Of a DNA stretch of 64,000 nucleotides, positions 30,501 to 41,103 are shown piece after piece. The stretch covers positions 310,001-374,000 of the forward strand of contig JAQGDQ010000138.1 in the NCBI GenBank assembly GCA_030141605.1, given 5' to 3'. Both the position numbers and the translations under genes were made by a program. Numbering within the stretch: position 1 is the first letter of the stretch; each line of letters opens with the position of its first letter. Under the pieces are notes generated by a model. It saw only the letters and a list, made by a program, of their open reading frames with translations. It searched no databases and had not been told where the DNA came from. This stretch comes from Tubiluchus corallicola. Its lineage: Eukaryota > Animalia > Priapulida.

Positions 30501-33500
30501 TTATTAAAATTATTTTGTTTTCCTATGTACTTATAAATTTTACAGCACATCAAGCAAGTAGAATTTGTCAAAGGCCTTATTGAGGTGCTACAATTAGTTG
30601 ATTTGCCAGAGACGTTGGTATCAATTCTGCACACAACTGTGCAAGACATTTATAATCTTTTACCAGATGATATTAAGGTAAAGTTTTTACTTTTTTATTT
30701 TTACAGGTCACCTGCATTCAAAATTACCTGCACTTTGTTCTGTGTATTTTGATTAAAGGATGTTAAATGTTTTCTTCTAAACTTGTTTGGAATTTTCATT
30801 GCCCAAGTGCTTTCTTCAAGATATTGTGCGATTGCATTTGGTAACTGGAGTTATGTGAGGCGGTTTCTATGTTAATCTAAAAGTTTTTATAAATAAAGCT
30901 AACTGATCTTTTGCTAGAGCCACTGCTGGTAAACCGTTTTAGTGAAATGCGACACTTCATTTTTATGCATTTCAGGGTGAGTTACTAGAAAACTTGTGCA
31001 CAGCCTTGTCTTACCTAACTGATAGTCAGGTTGCAAATTTAGTCCATTTTGCAAATGCATCACTTGACAGCAAACATCTATATTCCATCAGCTATCTTGT
31101 TTCACATGGACATCGGCCACTGTCCTGGCTGGACAAGTGCATAGAGATAACTCTCCGTTTATCAGAGTACGTCTCAACACATTTTCTTCAAACTTTTAGA
31201 TTGATTTTTTTCTTGCGTTACTAAATTACTTTATTTTTGTTTCTGTGTTCCAGTTAGCAATTTTGAGTCTTGGTCTAGTGAAAAACGTTTTACAGACATG
31301 TGAATTGTTAATAATACTTATGCACTATAAGATATCATTACATTTTCTTGTTGTCACTTAAGACATTAATTTTTAAATTAAGGATGTCATCATTGTTGTG
31401 CTTATTATCATCATTGAATTAGTCACCATTGCTGTCATCATTACTAAATATACTAGATCCAGAACATTTTATTATAAACTTTCAGCTTATTAGGGCTAAT
31501 TAATATTATTATTAATTTGTATTTTCAGTGATGAACAGTCGTGTGAAAGACTCATGCATGCTATCTATATTTGTCTGCAAGCCAGCATTGGTTCAAAGAG
31601 CCAACATTTTGGAGAAATGAAAAAATTAGAATGGTTGCTGAATCTCATGGCTAAGATAAAGGAAATTCTAAAACAAAATACCCACAATTTGAACAGCGTG
31701 AGTGGTATTTTCAAACTTTTAGAAGCTTCATTTACTCTAAAGATGATTCTGGCAGTGACTTTGTCAGATGAACTAAATTTACACATTTTAGATTTTAACT
31801 GCAAGATATTAATCTACAGTGTAATTTGCTTTTATCTTTTTTGCCCATATTTGGACTAAAAATTTATAAAATGTGAATTATTGTATCTTTATTAATTTTG
31901 CAATTATAATTGCATATGATTGATTAATTGTATATAGATGTAGGCTAAAAATTAATGAAAAGGTAATTTAATTAGCTATTAGTTACTATAGTGTGAGTAA
32001 ATAAACATATGGTATTGTTTATTAGTTATTCAAGTTTCAAATTTGTCTGATCACAAAGAACTGAATGGTCTAGTGGTCAAAAATTTTGAGCTTGCAATTG
32101 TCCTTGGTCCAGGCCCTCACCGCTTCACATTTTCTTCTTTCTTGCATTTTTCGTTCAAAAATTAATAAAGTGTGCATTTATTCCATCGTTAAGCAGTCTT
32201 CTTCTCAGCTTTTCCCTATGCGGGGTCGCCGTTGTGAATAAGTCGTCTCCATGCATTCCTGTTGTTGACCATCTCTTAAGCAGTAGTCTAGTCAATATGA
32301 TTACATGTAGTTAATTATCCATGTATTAATCTGGACTGAAAAGTAATTAATAATGAAATCTAATTAGTTTTATTACTTTAGCTGAACCTAGCATGAGTAA
32401 ACTAATCACTGTATTAGAATACTAGAAGGGTTCGATCTCTTACTTAAATGCTGACCCTAAAACAAACTTTGACAAAATCTCTTATCATAAAACTTAGACA
32501 CAAATTTTACACCATGTTTATTGATTTTGTCTTTGGTAGTGGTCGTGCAACAAAGTGAAAATATATTGTTAAATATTATTGACTTTCAAGCTATTAGGCT
32601 AGACATTTCATTTCAGTCATGTTGTTATAATTTCTTTTACAATCTAACATTAGATGTAGATAGCATAGTTTGTGCATCAAAATGCTTCAGATTCTGAAGA
32701 AAGAAACTAATTTCGGCACCTAAGCATTGTTTGGTTGCTTCTTCAGTTTATCTAATTGAAGGTTTAATTGTAGGGTAAATCTACCAATAAAGATATGACT
32801 TAGAGTTAGAAACAATGCTTATGTCAGAGCAATGTCTGAAAATTTGAAAAATAAAGCAGCATACTATAACTTAGAAGTTTTATGAAATAATAATAACTGT
32901 AGAATTGTACTGATGACACCAAAAATTGTCCTTCAAGTTAATTTGGTGTATTAAGTGCATTATATTATCACTCAGAAAAATAACTCCTAACTGTTGCACG
33001 TGATATAGAGTAGTAAAACTGAATGTCGTTGTTTAATTAATTCTGTACTTTGCACTTTATTCAGAGCGTTTTCTATTTTTGCAGCATCTTTCTATACTTA
33101 TGCAAGTTCTAGCGATTGCCATATCTGTGTGGGCTGGTAAATTTTACCATCCTGCAGTGATCGTGACTGGTCTGGAAAACAATAAAATGTTTGGAGTGGA
33201 TGCTGTCCAAATGCGATTAGACCTTCTTCCTACTTCTTTACCTGTGCTTCTAGATCATCAACCTTGGACACAAGTCACTGAGCCTGTATGTTGATATTTT
33301 TGAAATCCAAATTTAGAAGTGAATTTTGCATATTACCCTCAAAGTGCTTGCACTGATGGTGCTACCAGTGCATTGAATTAATTTCTAACATCTGAGAAAT
33401 GTTTGTAGTGTACAGTAATTCTGTCAGTTAAATGACTACCACAGCCTATAAAAGTTTTGAAACTATATGTCAACTAGTTATTCTGATTTATGTCATCTGT

Positions 33501-35052
33501 GAATGAGAGCTGAGGTGGCACTGATTGGCATTTAGAATGGAATTTGTGATTAATGGGAAGTGATTGATCTTATCAGTGTGGAAAAAGTGGCATCATCGTT
33601 TTGTCAACCAGTTTGTATTCCACATTTCCAACAAACTGCAAGTGCATTTGACTAAACAGACGCAGTCAAAGTGTTTCTGTGCAACGTCTTTGATGCGTGA
33701 TTTCATTCAACTATGAATGGCTCCAAAACAACTAACCGTAGAACATTTTTTGTGAGTTTTCGAAACATATATCATTACTTTGTGATTTGTGGTATAGTGA
33801 GTCTTAGACTGTTATTGTATCGTATATATTAATTTTGCTGGTATATATATATATATATATTGGGTGGTGTAGTGTGTGGGTGTTGTTGTGTGGTGCAGTT
33901 GTATAGTGTGGTGTGGTGGGTTGGTATGGCGTGGGTGGTGTGGTGTGGGTTGTGTGTTCATTTATGCGCAAAATTCTTTTTGCGGGGTTTCGCTAGTACT
34001 GACGCAAAGCCATAGTTCTGACGTCATCCATTATACTCTGGCTATAACTTTAATTCAGTAAAAGCTGCTGGTGGCTTTACGTTAGATAAACGAATGAACA
34101 CTAGGTAGGATGTTTGCGCATTGTTGATTATAAGTGTATTTCGCAAAATTTTTTGCGGGGCCTTTACTAGTAATTCATTATTTACATAAGTAATGCTCAC
34201 CTAAAATTTTTTCAAGCTTTAAATTTTCTGTTATGAAGGGATCTGTTATAAATGGATCAAACTTATCCCTGATTTAATTGCGACCAGAGACATGTTCTTA
34301 GTTCGTAAAAGCTAAAACGGTTACCATTGTAAATAATTTGTTAATTATAAGCAAACAGAGCTGATTTGTTAAAACTGTGGCATTTATTGTGCAGGTATTC
34401 TGTTAAATCTAGTTGGTTGCATCATACTGCATGGCTTTAAAGTTTTAAATATTAAAAAAAAACACTTACAGAAGCAAAAACTAATATATTTCAAGTAAAT
34501 TCTGATGGGAATTTCACATTCAAAAACAACAAGTCCATGGCTGAGTGGTCATAGCATCAGGCATGGCAACTAAAGTTAAGAATGGAGCCAAGAATGGCCA
34601 TTTAATGGTTGGGAGAAACATATTTTCATTCTGGATTGTTTCATTCACTGTACTGATCCTGGCTGTTTACCTGGTAGCGGATGTATAGTCATGTGCAAGT
34701 AAGATACAGTTCAATGGCTCAACCTATAGAGCATACCCTTAATAATAAGTTAGGTACTCGTCTCACTGCGATCCAATGTGAGCATTCAGTTCTGGCCTGC
34801 AGGCTTCCAAACTGCATGAAAAAAGTGAATAGTTCATGTTTTGTACCGGATGAATATTTTCAACTTGTCTTGAAAGATTATTGTTTACTTTTTTTAATTA
34901 TCCTATAGGTGATTGGTTGGCTGCAACTTATGAAAAAAGAAAACGTTACTTCTTATGTATATCATGTTGGACGTACCTGTCTGCAGCAATTAAGAAACAC
35001 TCAAGTTTTCAAAACAGTTCCTGTATGGACAATTGTAGCTCTCTCGGTTTAG
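550..35052 (+). CDS. FOCAD: Focadhesin (KIAA1797/RST1-like), multi-exon, ~1769 aa
   Basis: Phase-consistent exons: 550-585, 1521-1595, 2821-2975, 3442-3555, 4221-4322, 5456-5657, 6696-6908, 7256-7343, 7553-7743, 8733-8993, 9616-9720, 10400-10528, 11442-11539, 11803-11929, 12341-12475, 12853-12990, 17125-17242, 17632-17817, 18107-18321, 18960-19090, 19863-20082, 20605-20847, 21051-21121, 21523-21667, 22038-22157, 22984-23106, 23814-23891, 24246-24414, 25464-25544, 27070-27195, 27688-27803, 28964-29098, 30546-30677, 30976-31166, 31529-~31704, 33065-33285, 34909-35052. Motifs resembling human FOCAD as recalled: PPHPFISLLNGRPECW, RPFQHG, LCEAEVVDLRTVW, KTIANIPEFL, AWLSVRD, PLDYSYL, PPLNWSAVLTPL. 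The start codon and the exon 35/36 junction are less certain. Confidence 0.9.
3874..4120 (-). mobile_element. Degraded Penelope-like GIY-YIG endonuclease fragment
   Basis: EHLNNYC...DHFKMLQSAVSNFDLHIFETISIKNLQSELND resembles the C-terminal H..C...F.IL...L.I.E...I....P.LN pattern of Penelope endonucleases. Confidence 0.5.
5860..6045 (-). mobile_element. Helentron-associated (HINE/DINE-like) non-autonomous repeat fragment
   Basis: Minus strand reads TTACCTCTGCCAAAGAGGCTATG-(GTTT)n-...CCGATTTCCACGAAAC...TTTTGGTGTGGACCTGGATC, an arrangement typical of widespread metazoan HINE-type repeats. Family assignment is from memory. Confidence 0.5.
6370..6578. repeat. ~200-bp dispersed repeat with terminal hairpin; second copy of the core at 4944-5108
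   Basis: The core TTTCATGCCACTAA...AAAGCGTGCAA.TAAGTAAT is present twice. This copy is flanked by AAATACAGTTATTTGAACG direct repeats, with an inverted copy at 6390-6403. Confidence 0.8.
14472..14845. repeat. Tandem duplication of ~187 bp downstream of the nested GPCR
   Basis: AAATGAGATTACTGGTC...CAGCAGATTTGATTTTTCC occurs twice head-to-tail at high identity. Confidence 0.9.
15052..16071 (-). CDS. Intronless class A (rhodopsin-like) orphan GPCR, 339 aa, nested antisense in FOCAD intron 16
   Basis: Seven hydrophobic segments; LAxxD (NLAVTDL) in TM2; DRY (IDRYIAVANPIRY) at the end of TM3; Cys at the top of TM3 and in ECL2 (LFCFEF); NSLLDPIIH in TM7; N-terminal NQS/NSS sequons. The ORF-track start at 16092 is TTG; the first ATG is 16071, with an in-frame stop at 16114-16116 upstream. 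Confidence 0.9.
   Translation of the reverse strand: MLNQSVNSSIDDWFELRKTISLHDVAILIVISLLGTATVFLNAVVIIVIYKYRCLQTFHNKLLINLAVTDLLWGILNPLMSIALNVAQKPTTVWCCLQVFLIGTLIILHVIFITSIVIDRYIAVANPIRYHKLQVRLQTYMVFIISSITYSMLIGGVYASQVSVYYTSELFCFEFELMIHPWFALFFTSHYFIAMIFMIYAYTTITVRAIRRLNKVDSTLRLSKNSTVGLLVQVKAARMSALIIGSSMILIAPTMFHMVILTITKAQDESKPVKSLSFVLNSLLDPIIHFLLMKDFCRCVRKLLCPANDINTEGNSRFSRTMAVSAFRMSKTEVITTNL
22340..22790 (+). mobile_element. Left part of a pogo/Tigger-like MITE
   Basis: Begins TA|CAGTGGGCACCACTTAATAGGCTCAC; collinear with 46085-46520 (shared AAATAACTCTGCATAA, GCACTATAATAT and CCCAAGAATTT). Confidence 0.7.
28661..28765. repeat. Degenerate (GAT)n microsatellite
   Basis: Run of GAT/GAC/AAT triplets in a FOCAD intron. 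Confidence 0.9.
29600..30060 (+). mobile_element. Degraded non-LTR retrotransposon reverse-transcriptase fragment
   Basis: QQYADDIG* (YADD at 29767-29778), followed by NQSKTEEY...WKKCKYMGSL..TEDDIKNRK; contains stops and frameshifts. Confidence 0.7.
32198..32275 (-). mobile_element. 78-bp 5'-truncated RTE-like LINE insertion with 9-bp target-site duplication
   Basis: Minus strand encodes ...NRNAWRRLIHNGDPA* then GGAAAAGCTGAGAAGAAG; flanked by TTAAGCAGT at 32189-32197 and 32276-32284. Confidence 0.75.
33843..34171 (+). mobile_element. Helitron-like remnant with two 3' termini (hairpin + CTAG|T), preceded by TA- and GT-rich simple repeats
   Basis: CGCAAAATTCTTTTTGCGGGGTTTCG-CTAG-T (33967-33997) and CGCAAAATTTTTTGCGGGGCCTTTA-CTAG-T (34142-34171). 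Confidence 0.6.
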
Positions 35053-36484
35053 TAACTTACTATTGTTTCTAATCAGTGGCTTGACCAGACTAACAATATA
35101 ATTCAGATGTTTCAGCTGTTATGAAGCTTGGAAAAAGGCAGAATGTTTTAGCTGTAAAATATTATAGTGTAAGTGATGTTCCCTTGTCACCGATGTTATC
35201 AGCACCATCTTAAAAAACATTGAATATTGATTTCCTGTAATTTTCTCTGAAGGCAGAATCATTTAACTATAAAATTTCATAGTTTAAGTGATGGAAACGA
35301 TGTTATTGACTATTGATTTGTTGTAATTCCGTCATATGATTAATTGGCATGTTAAAGGGTTAATATTTGCCAAATTATAAAACAACCTGTAATTCTGTCA
35401 TTAATGCAACAAGAATGGGTGATTTGATAGCTGTTGTTTCTGAGCTCTTTCTGTACTGCCTCTAAAGTTTTTGTACTACAAGTTTGGGTTTTGTATATCA
35501 TTTAGCATCAATTGTTATTAGTTCTTATCATTATTCTTATCAATTATTATCATTCCAATGGATACGATTTGATATTTCTGCTTCATTCTATTTTTTGATG
35601 AAGTAAACCAGTTTTTCATTTGCATTAAGTAATGTCGCTACTCACTTACCCACTAAGTTTGAAAGCATAATAATAAAGGTTCACATGTCAATGTGTTATA
35701 AAACTCCTGTTTTTTGAGTGACTTTAACTAGTCTGCTTGTGCAGAGTAAAATACTCCTATGCTCACAAATTCTGATGTAAAATATCTGGCAGAGTGCCAG
35801 TATAAGAAACATTGCAATTTTTACACAAAAATTGATATACAGCACCTGATTTGAGAAATAAGACAATCTTATTCATAAATGTAAGCAAATTTGATAAATA
35901 AAGTGAGCAAAAGAATATTGTGTGTTATGTGATTTATGAAAGCTGCGAATTGAACAAACATATGAGACACGAACTGAGAACGAACTGGTGCTAGGAAAAG
36001 GCAAAACTGAAGAAACAGTCTGCTTTTCTAGAGTAACATGAGATGTTTAGCCAAGAATTTTTGGGAAATGTTGCCAAAAACTTATTTTTCCTAGTTCATA
36101 TTCATAGTATTTCTTGTAAAAGACATTGCATTACTAAAAGAATAATAGAAGCTGTACTTGGAAAAACAACGAAACTGTAATATCCAAATAATTAAGTCCG
36201 TAATTCCACATTGTAGTAGGAACAAAAATAGCAAAAATTACTGATTTGCAGTAAACCCAGAAAACGTTGGTAGTTTTGTTTTAATGAGATTTGTTTCACA
36301 AGATGTAGTCTGCAGTGGCACACTGCATACAGCACAAAAATTATTCTGGAAGATTTTTAATATTAAAATTGAACAATCAGCTTGAATAGAGGTCGTGCAG
36401 TTTTTAAAATTAAGTGTTTCAAACATTTTATCTTGTTTCACAAATTGCAGTTTGCAGTGTTCATAGTATCTAAAATTGATACAA

Positions 36485-37010
36485 GTATAGAACCATGAAG
36501 ATCACTTTGAAGACAAAATTTTTAATGATAAAGTGTGAAGCACGTTGAATAAATGTCGTGTACCTTTTAAAAGTAAGTTGTTAAAGTGCTTCCAAAGGTT
36601 AGGTCTGTTGGACAATTGACAAGTTACAATCTAGAATGTCTCTTAGTACTTACAAATGGTATGAGTGTAAAACCATAAAGATATCTGTGAAGGCAAAATT
36701 TGTAATGTTAAAATGTTAGAGGTCATGTAACTTTTAAAAATATGTTATTAAATGTTTTCCAAAGGTTAGATTTGTTTGGCAAGTTATAGTCTACATTGTC
36801 TTTTAACACCTAGAAATGGCACACATAAGTGGAAAACTATAAAGATGACTCTGTAGGCAAAATATGTAATGTTAAAGTGTGAAGCACATCCAATAGAGAT
36901 CATGTAGCTTTAAAAATCAGTTGTTAAGTGAGTTTTAAAGGTTGCAGTTTCTTACCATACTTAGAAATAGTGCAAGTGCAGAATCACAAAACAATTTTGA
37001 AGGTGAAGTG
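36485..37010. repeat. Degenerate tandem array, ~165-180-bp unit, about 3 copies
   Basis: Recurrent AACYATRAAGAT...GGCAAAAT.TGTAATGTTAAA...TTCCAAAGGTTAG...AAGTTA.A.TCTA blocks. Confidence 0.7.
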
Positions 37011-37265
37011 TGACCAATTGAATAGCAGTTGTGCATCTCTTTTATGGCTGATAAAGAATGAAGTCTGTGACTTTGTCGGCAAATACCTATTTTAGGTAAG
37101 GTTTTTATTTTATTATTAACCCAACTAAAAATGAAATTTTATTACTGCTGCTCTTACTAGCTAAGCTTGTGTTCGTTAGCTTTTTCTGTTTGGTCTGATA
37201 TATGACTCACAATGTTGAAAAGATACTGTCTAGATGAGTGACGCAAATAGAAAACTCTTAACCTA

Positions 37266-37545
37266 CTACAGATTTGTGCTCCATAAGCCTATTTCATTTT
37301 GCTCACTTTTTGTGCATAAGTGGTCATACGGAACAGTGTTTCCTACCTCTTCATTGTGCTTTCAACACTTTTGTACGATGTAAAGAAGTAAGCACAAATA
37401 AAGTGGTGGACCGAACATAAAAGCTTCCATTACAATCACTGAGCAACCTAAATCATCCCACGGTTGTGGTAGAGCATTATTAAACATGATCAGTACTATT
37501 GCTCCATTCTGAAACTGACTGACTATCTCCAACTTGATATATAGT
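37266..37545 (-). pseudogene. Relic paralogous copy of the SLC10 terminal coding region
   Basis: Translates ...LEIVSQFQNGAIVLIMFNNALPQPWDDLG...PPLYL...KC*KHNEE...GLWSTNL*, aligning with IEIGYQNAGIGIIMFNTALKQPWADLG...PPLWI...EIWSTDL* of the intact gene. In-frame TGA at 37362-37364; no upstream exons seen. Confidence 0.75.
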
Positions 37546-38288
37546 GATTTAATCATCAAATTCTGCTTATCAAGTGTTATTTCACACTTTTGTTTGTTTG
37601 ACTATTTTATAGGTACTCACTGGTACGATTTATAACGGTTATATAAATGTGAGTTGTATGCAAGAAATAATCACTTTTATTTAACTTGGCAAATAAAAGA
37701 GCAGGTACTTTTTCACTGGGAATTTCTATTGCCACAGTTGGTGGTGTGATATGAGCAAGGAGCACCAGGGTTGGGTATAAGGTTTAGCAGGGAATAGAGA
37801 TCCACATTCAGCAAAGATTCCAACCTTCCGACATGAACAAAGTTTTTAATTTTCACAGCTATGGAACATTATAACAAATACTGTGTTAACAATAGCAGTA
37901 AACTTTGGGTCTGGTTAATTTTTACATATGTGGTTGCATCTTCGACTAAACATAATCTTTTTAAATTCTGTAAAACTTACATTATGTATTATAAATTATA
38001 CTACATTGCCTATATACTGCATTACATTGCAGTAAATTTATTATTACAATGAGCAAGAGTTTTTTAAAGCTTCTTGTTTTAAACACTACTTTCTGTTGTG
38101 ACAGAAACTAATGTGTTGACTGATTCGATTAAAAAGTGTTCTTAGTTTACTATTTCACACAACAGATAATAACTTGTAACAACAAGAATAACAATATAAC
38201 TTGAAATAGCATCAAACTTTTCTGAAATTATAGGCATTTGCAGTGTTTGCAGTACACTGTAGGTGTGTATAACATTGCTACATTAATC

Positions 38289-41103
38289 TTACAAGTCAGT
38301 ACTCCATATTTCCATCCTCGAATGTGACGTATGGTCCCATTCACAACTATCATTATCGCACCCAACATTATCGTCGTCTTCCTTTTCTTCTTTTTTTCCT
38401 GGCACGAGCCTTCTGATTCCACGGAAGAACAGCCAAATCCACAATGGGGGTGAAGTGAGCAGATAAGATATGACAAAAATGGCACTGCCTAGGTCCGCCC
38501 AAGGCTGTTTCAGGGCAGTATTGAACATTATTATACCTATGCCAGCATTTTGGTAACCTATTTCAATTCCTATTGTCTTGACTCTATGCCATGGTAAAGC
38601 AAAGACTTTTGCCACAGTGCCGCCCAGCAAGAACCCAGTATATGGTAAAGCTAAACCAGCAATTACAAACTGTGGTGTAGCAATATCCCATATGTACCAA
38701 AAAGACCAGATACCAGTAACTGCTAATGCTGCAGCATTCAGAAGTGTGAGCGGACGTAAAATCTTTCCAATAAAATTTGCAAGCTTAGGGAGGAAGTGTC
38801 GAATAAGCACGCCGGCGAAGGTGGGTATGACCACATAGCAGAGTGCCAACAAAATGTCTACATATGGTATAGAAAGCTCATGGTCACTCCCTTCTTCTTG
38901 GAAGAATCGTCCCAAAACCCACATCCAAAATGGCAAGGTACCTTTTAAATCCAAAAAAGATTGGTGAAATATCCATAATATGTCATTGTGCAGGAAACAA
39001 TTTATTGGTTAAAACTACAAAGCGTATAATTTTGGTTTCAGAGGCAAATTTCTTTACCTACAGTCATCCATCCAAGCTCAACACCTCTAAGGGGTTCTAC
39101 AATTATCTCCCCAGAGGTTACTATAAATTGCTTGTTTGGTTACCCAGCTCCTCACAGTAAAAATTTTCCGAACTTAGCCAAAGTTTTCCGAAGGCAACAG
39201 GTCGAAAGTCACCATTGGCCACCCACTTTCCACAAAATTAAAGAGCTATGTAATTGTACAATCTGTATACATATTTTATTAACTCAAAAAAGAAACTAGA
39301 ATTTAAAAGACCCCGGTGGGTCATTACATTATGAAAAACTATCTTGCTAATGTTAAACTACATAAAAATAGTTGACTTTCTGCATACATTAACCTACCTA
39401 ACGAAAGGCTTATACTCAGTGCAGTAAGTGCTATTGAAAGTGTCAAATCTGCATGGAGAAGGAAAGACCACTGATTACTGTTTCCACCTGAAGGACTTGA
39501 ACCAAGTATCTGCATAGCTAGCTTCTGCACAGACGTCAGACGGAAAGCGTTTGCGTAAGCAAATGCTATCTGTGAACAACAAAAGTTTATTCGAGTCACA
39601 TTACGATAATCTACTGACTGCACTAAACCATGTCTTGAGATGTGGGAATGTACAATGTAGCTGAGCTAAGGTACTGCACCAGTTTGTGCTACTCGTAATG
39701 CTTTATTAAGTTCTTTTAAATGTTCGGCAGTGTCTGTAGCTCAACAAATACAGATTTATAGCTTTATATGAACAATGCTAACCCTCCAGTCAGCCAAGCT
39801 CTGCAATTTTAAATGCCATCTTTTGCTTGGTGAATGGGAAGAGCAAATAATTTTCACAAAACAAAACAATTTTGAGACTAAAATTCATTCTTACCAAAGG
39901 CATGCAGAATGTTTGGCACAAAATTCCAACTAAAACTGGTTTTCTGTCATGCAATAGAAAATTTTTAATCACTGCCAACTCCAACTTTACACCAAATCCC
40001 ATAGTGTTGAGAATAGCGCCAACCTATAGTAAAATGTAAACGAACCACTTTTTTTGTATGTAAATATACATAAAACTTAAGTTGGCTCCAAGGAATTATA
40101 AAGTTACAGTATCTGAAATATTATTGTCATTTGTTATTTAATCATAAATTCATGAAGAAAATTTTTAAATAAGCTTACAATGACTACACTGCTTCTCTAA
40201 GATAGTAGTACCTATGAGAATTGCATAATATGTTGTCCATTGTATAAAGCACAAGAAAGACTTGCCATGTTTTTCTTAGACAGGTCATTTCCTTTAACCA
40301 TATTGGCTAGTACATGGCTAGCCTTTCTAATGTCTTTGCTCACTTTAAGTATAGTGATTGGTTCATTCATAAGACAGTTTTTTGTGATGTATTCACAATA
40401 TAATTTATAATGAAAGTGATATTATATACATGGTCCAATAAAATGCACAAATTGGGGGCCATATATGCAGGCCACCCTCAACATTAAATTAGAAGCCTAG
40501 TAGCCCATTGTACCTCAGCTAAAAAATCATCACATATACAGATTTAGATTGCAAATATTACATTTTTAATTTATGTGTAAAGAAGATGGTTTCAGAGTGG
40601 TATACTTTGAACGTGCCTACCCGCATAACAACTTGGAAAGTATCATCTATGGTTGCTGGCTGTCGTTTAGCAGCAACAGTGTAACGAATGTCGATGTTGC
40701 TTCTCTGACTGTTGCGAGCAAACAGACTTTTTGCATTAGTGCCATTCACTTCCTCCTCCTCAATGTAGAAATGCAATGAAGTCACTCCTATTCCAGTTCC
40801 GATTACACTGAAGTTTCCCTCTACATTTTGCTCTTGTGCCTCTTTGCACTTCAGTGTTGCAGAATTACTAAAGTTAACTAAGGCAACATTTTCATTCTCA
40901 ATAGATGCCACCAGATGACAAATCTCTTGAGAAAACTCGTACAATGTCAAATTATTCACAGTCAAATTAAATTGCACCTTTTCTTCTTCTGTAATGAATA
41001 TTACCACCGGCGATGGAGGATTAAATGTCATCAGTGGTTCTCCACACGTTACAGTATTAATTAATACATAATTAATTAATAGCGTGAACAGCATACTGAA
41101 CAT
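38289..41103 (-). CDS. SLC10 family sodium/bile-acid cotransporter (P3/SLC10A3-5-like with long N-terminal ectodomain), 478 aa
   Basis: Exons 41103-40621, 40023-39895, 39569-39398 and 38941-38289 join in frame. Signal peptide MFSMLFTLLINYVLINTVTCG; SBF-family motifs GILCQTFCMPL, SSPSGGNSNQWSFLLHADLTLSIALT and KTIGIEIGYQNAGI. A splice acceptor at ~41121 lies just upstream of the ATG. Confidence 0.9.

Noticed and set aside
36485-37010. Repeat array considered as CRISPR-like or coding repeat
   Set aside because: Eukaryotic context, long degenerate units without unique spacers, and no sustained ORF.
37362-37364. In-frame TGA read as selenocysteine
   Set aside because: No SECIS recognised, SLC10 proteins are not known selenoproteins, and the fragment lacks upstream exons.
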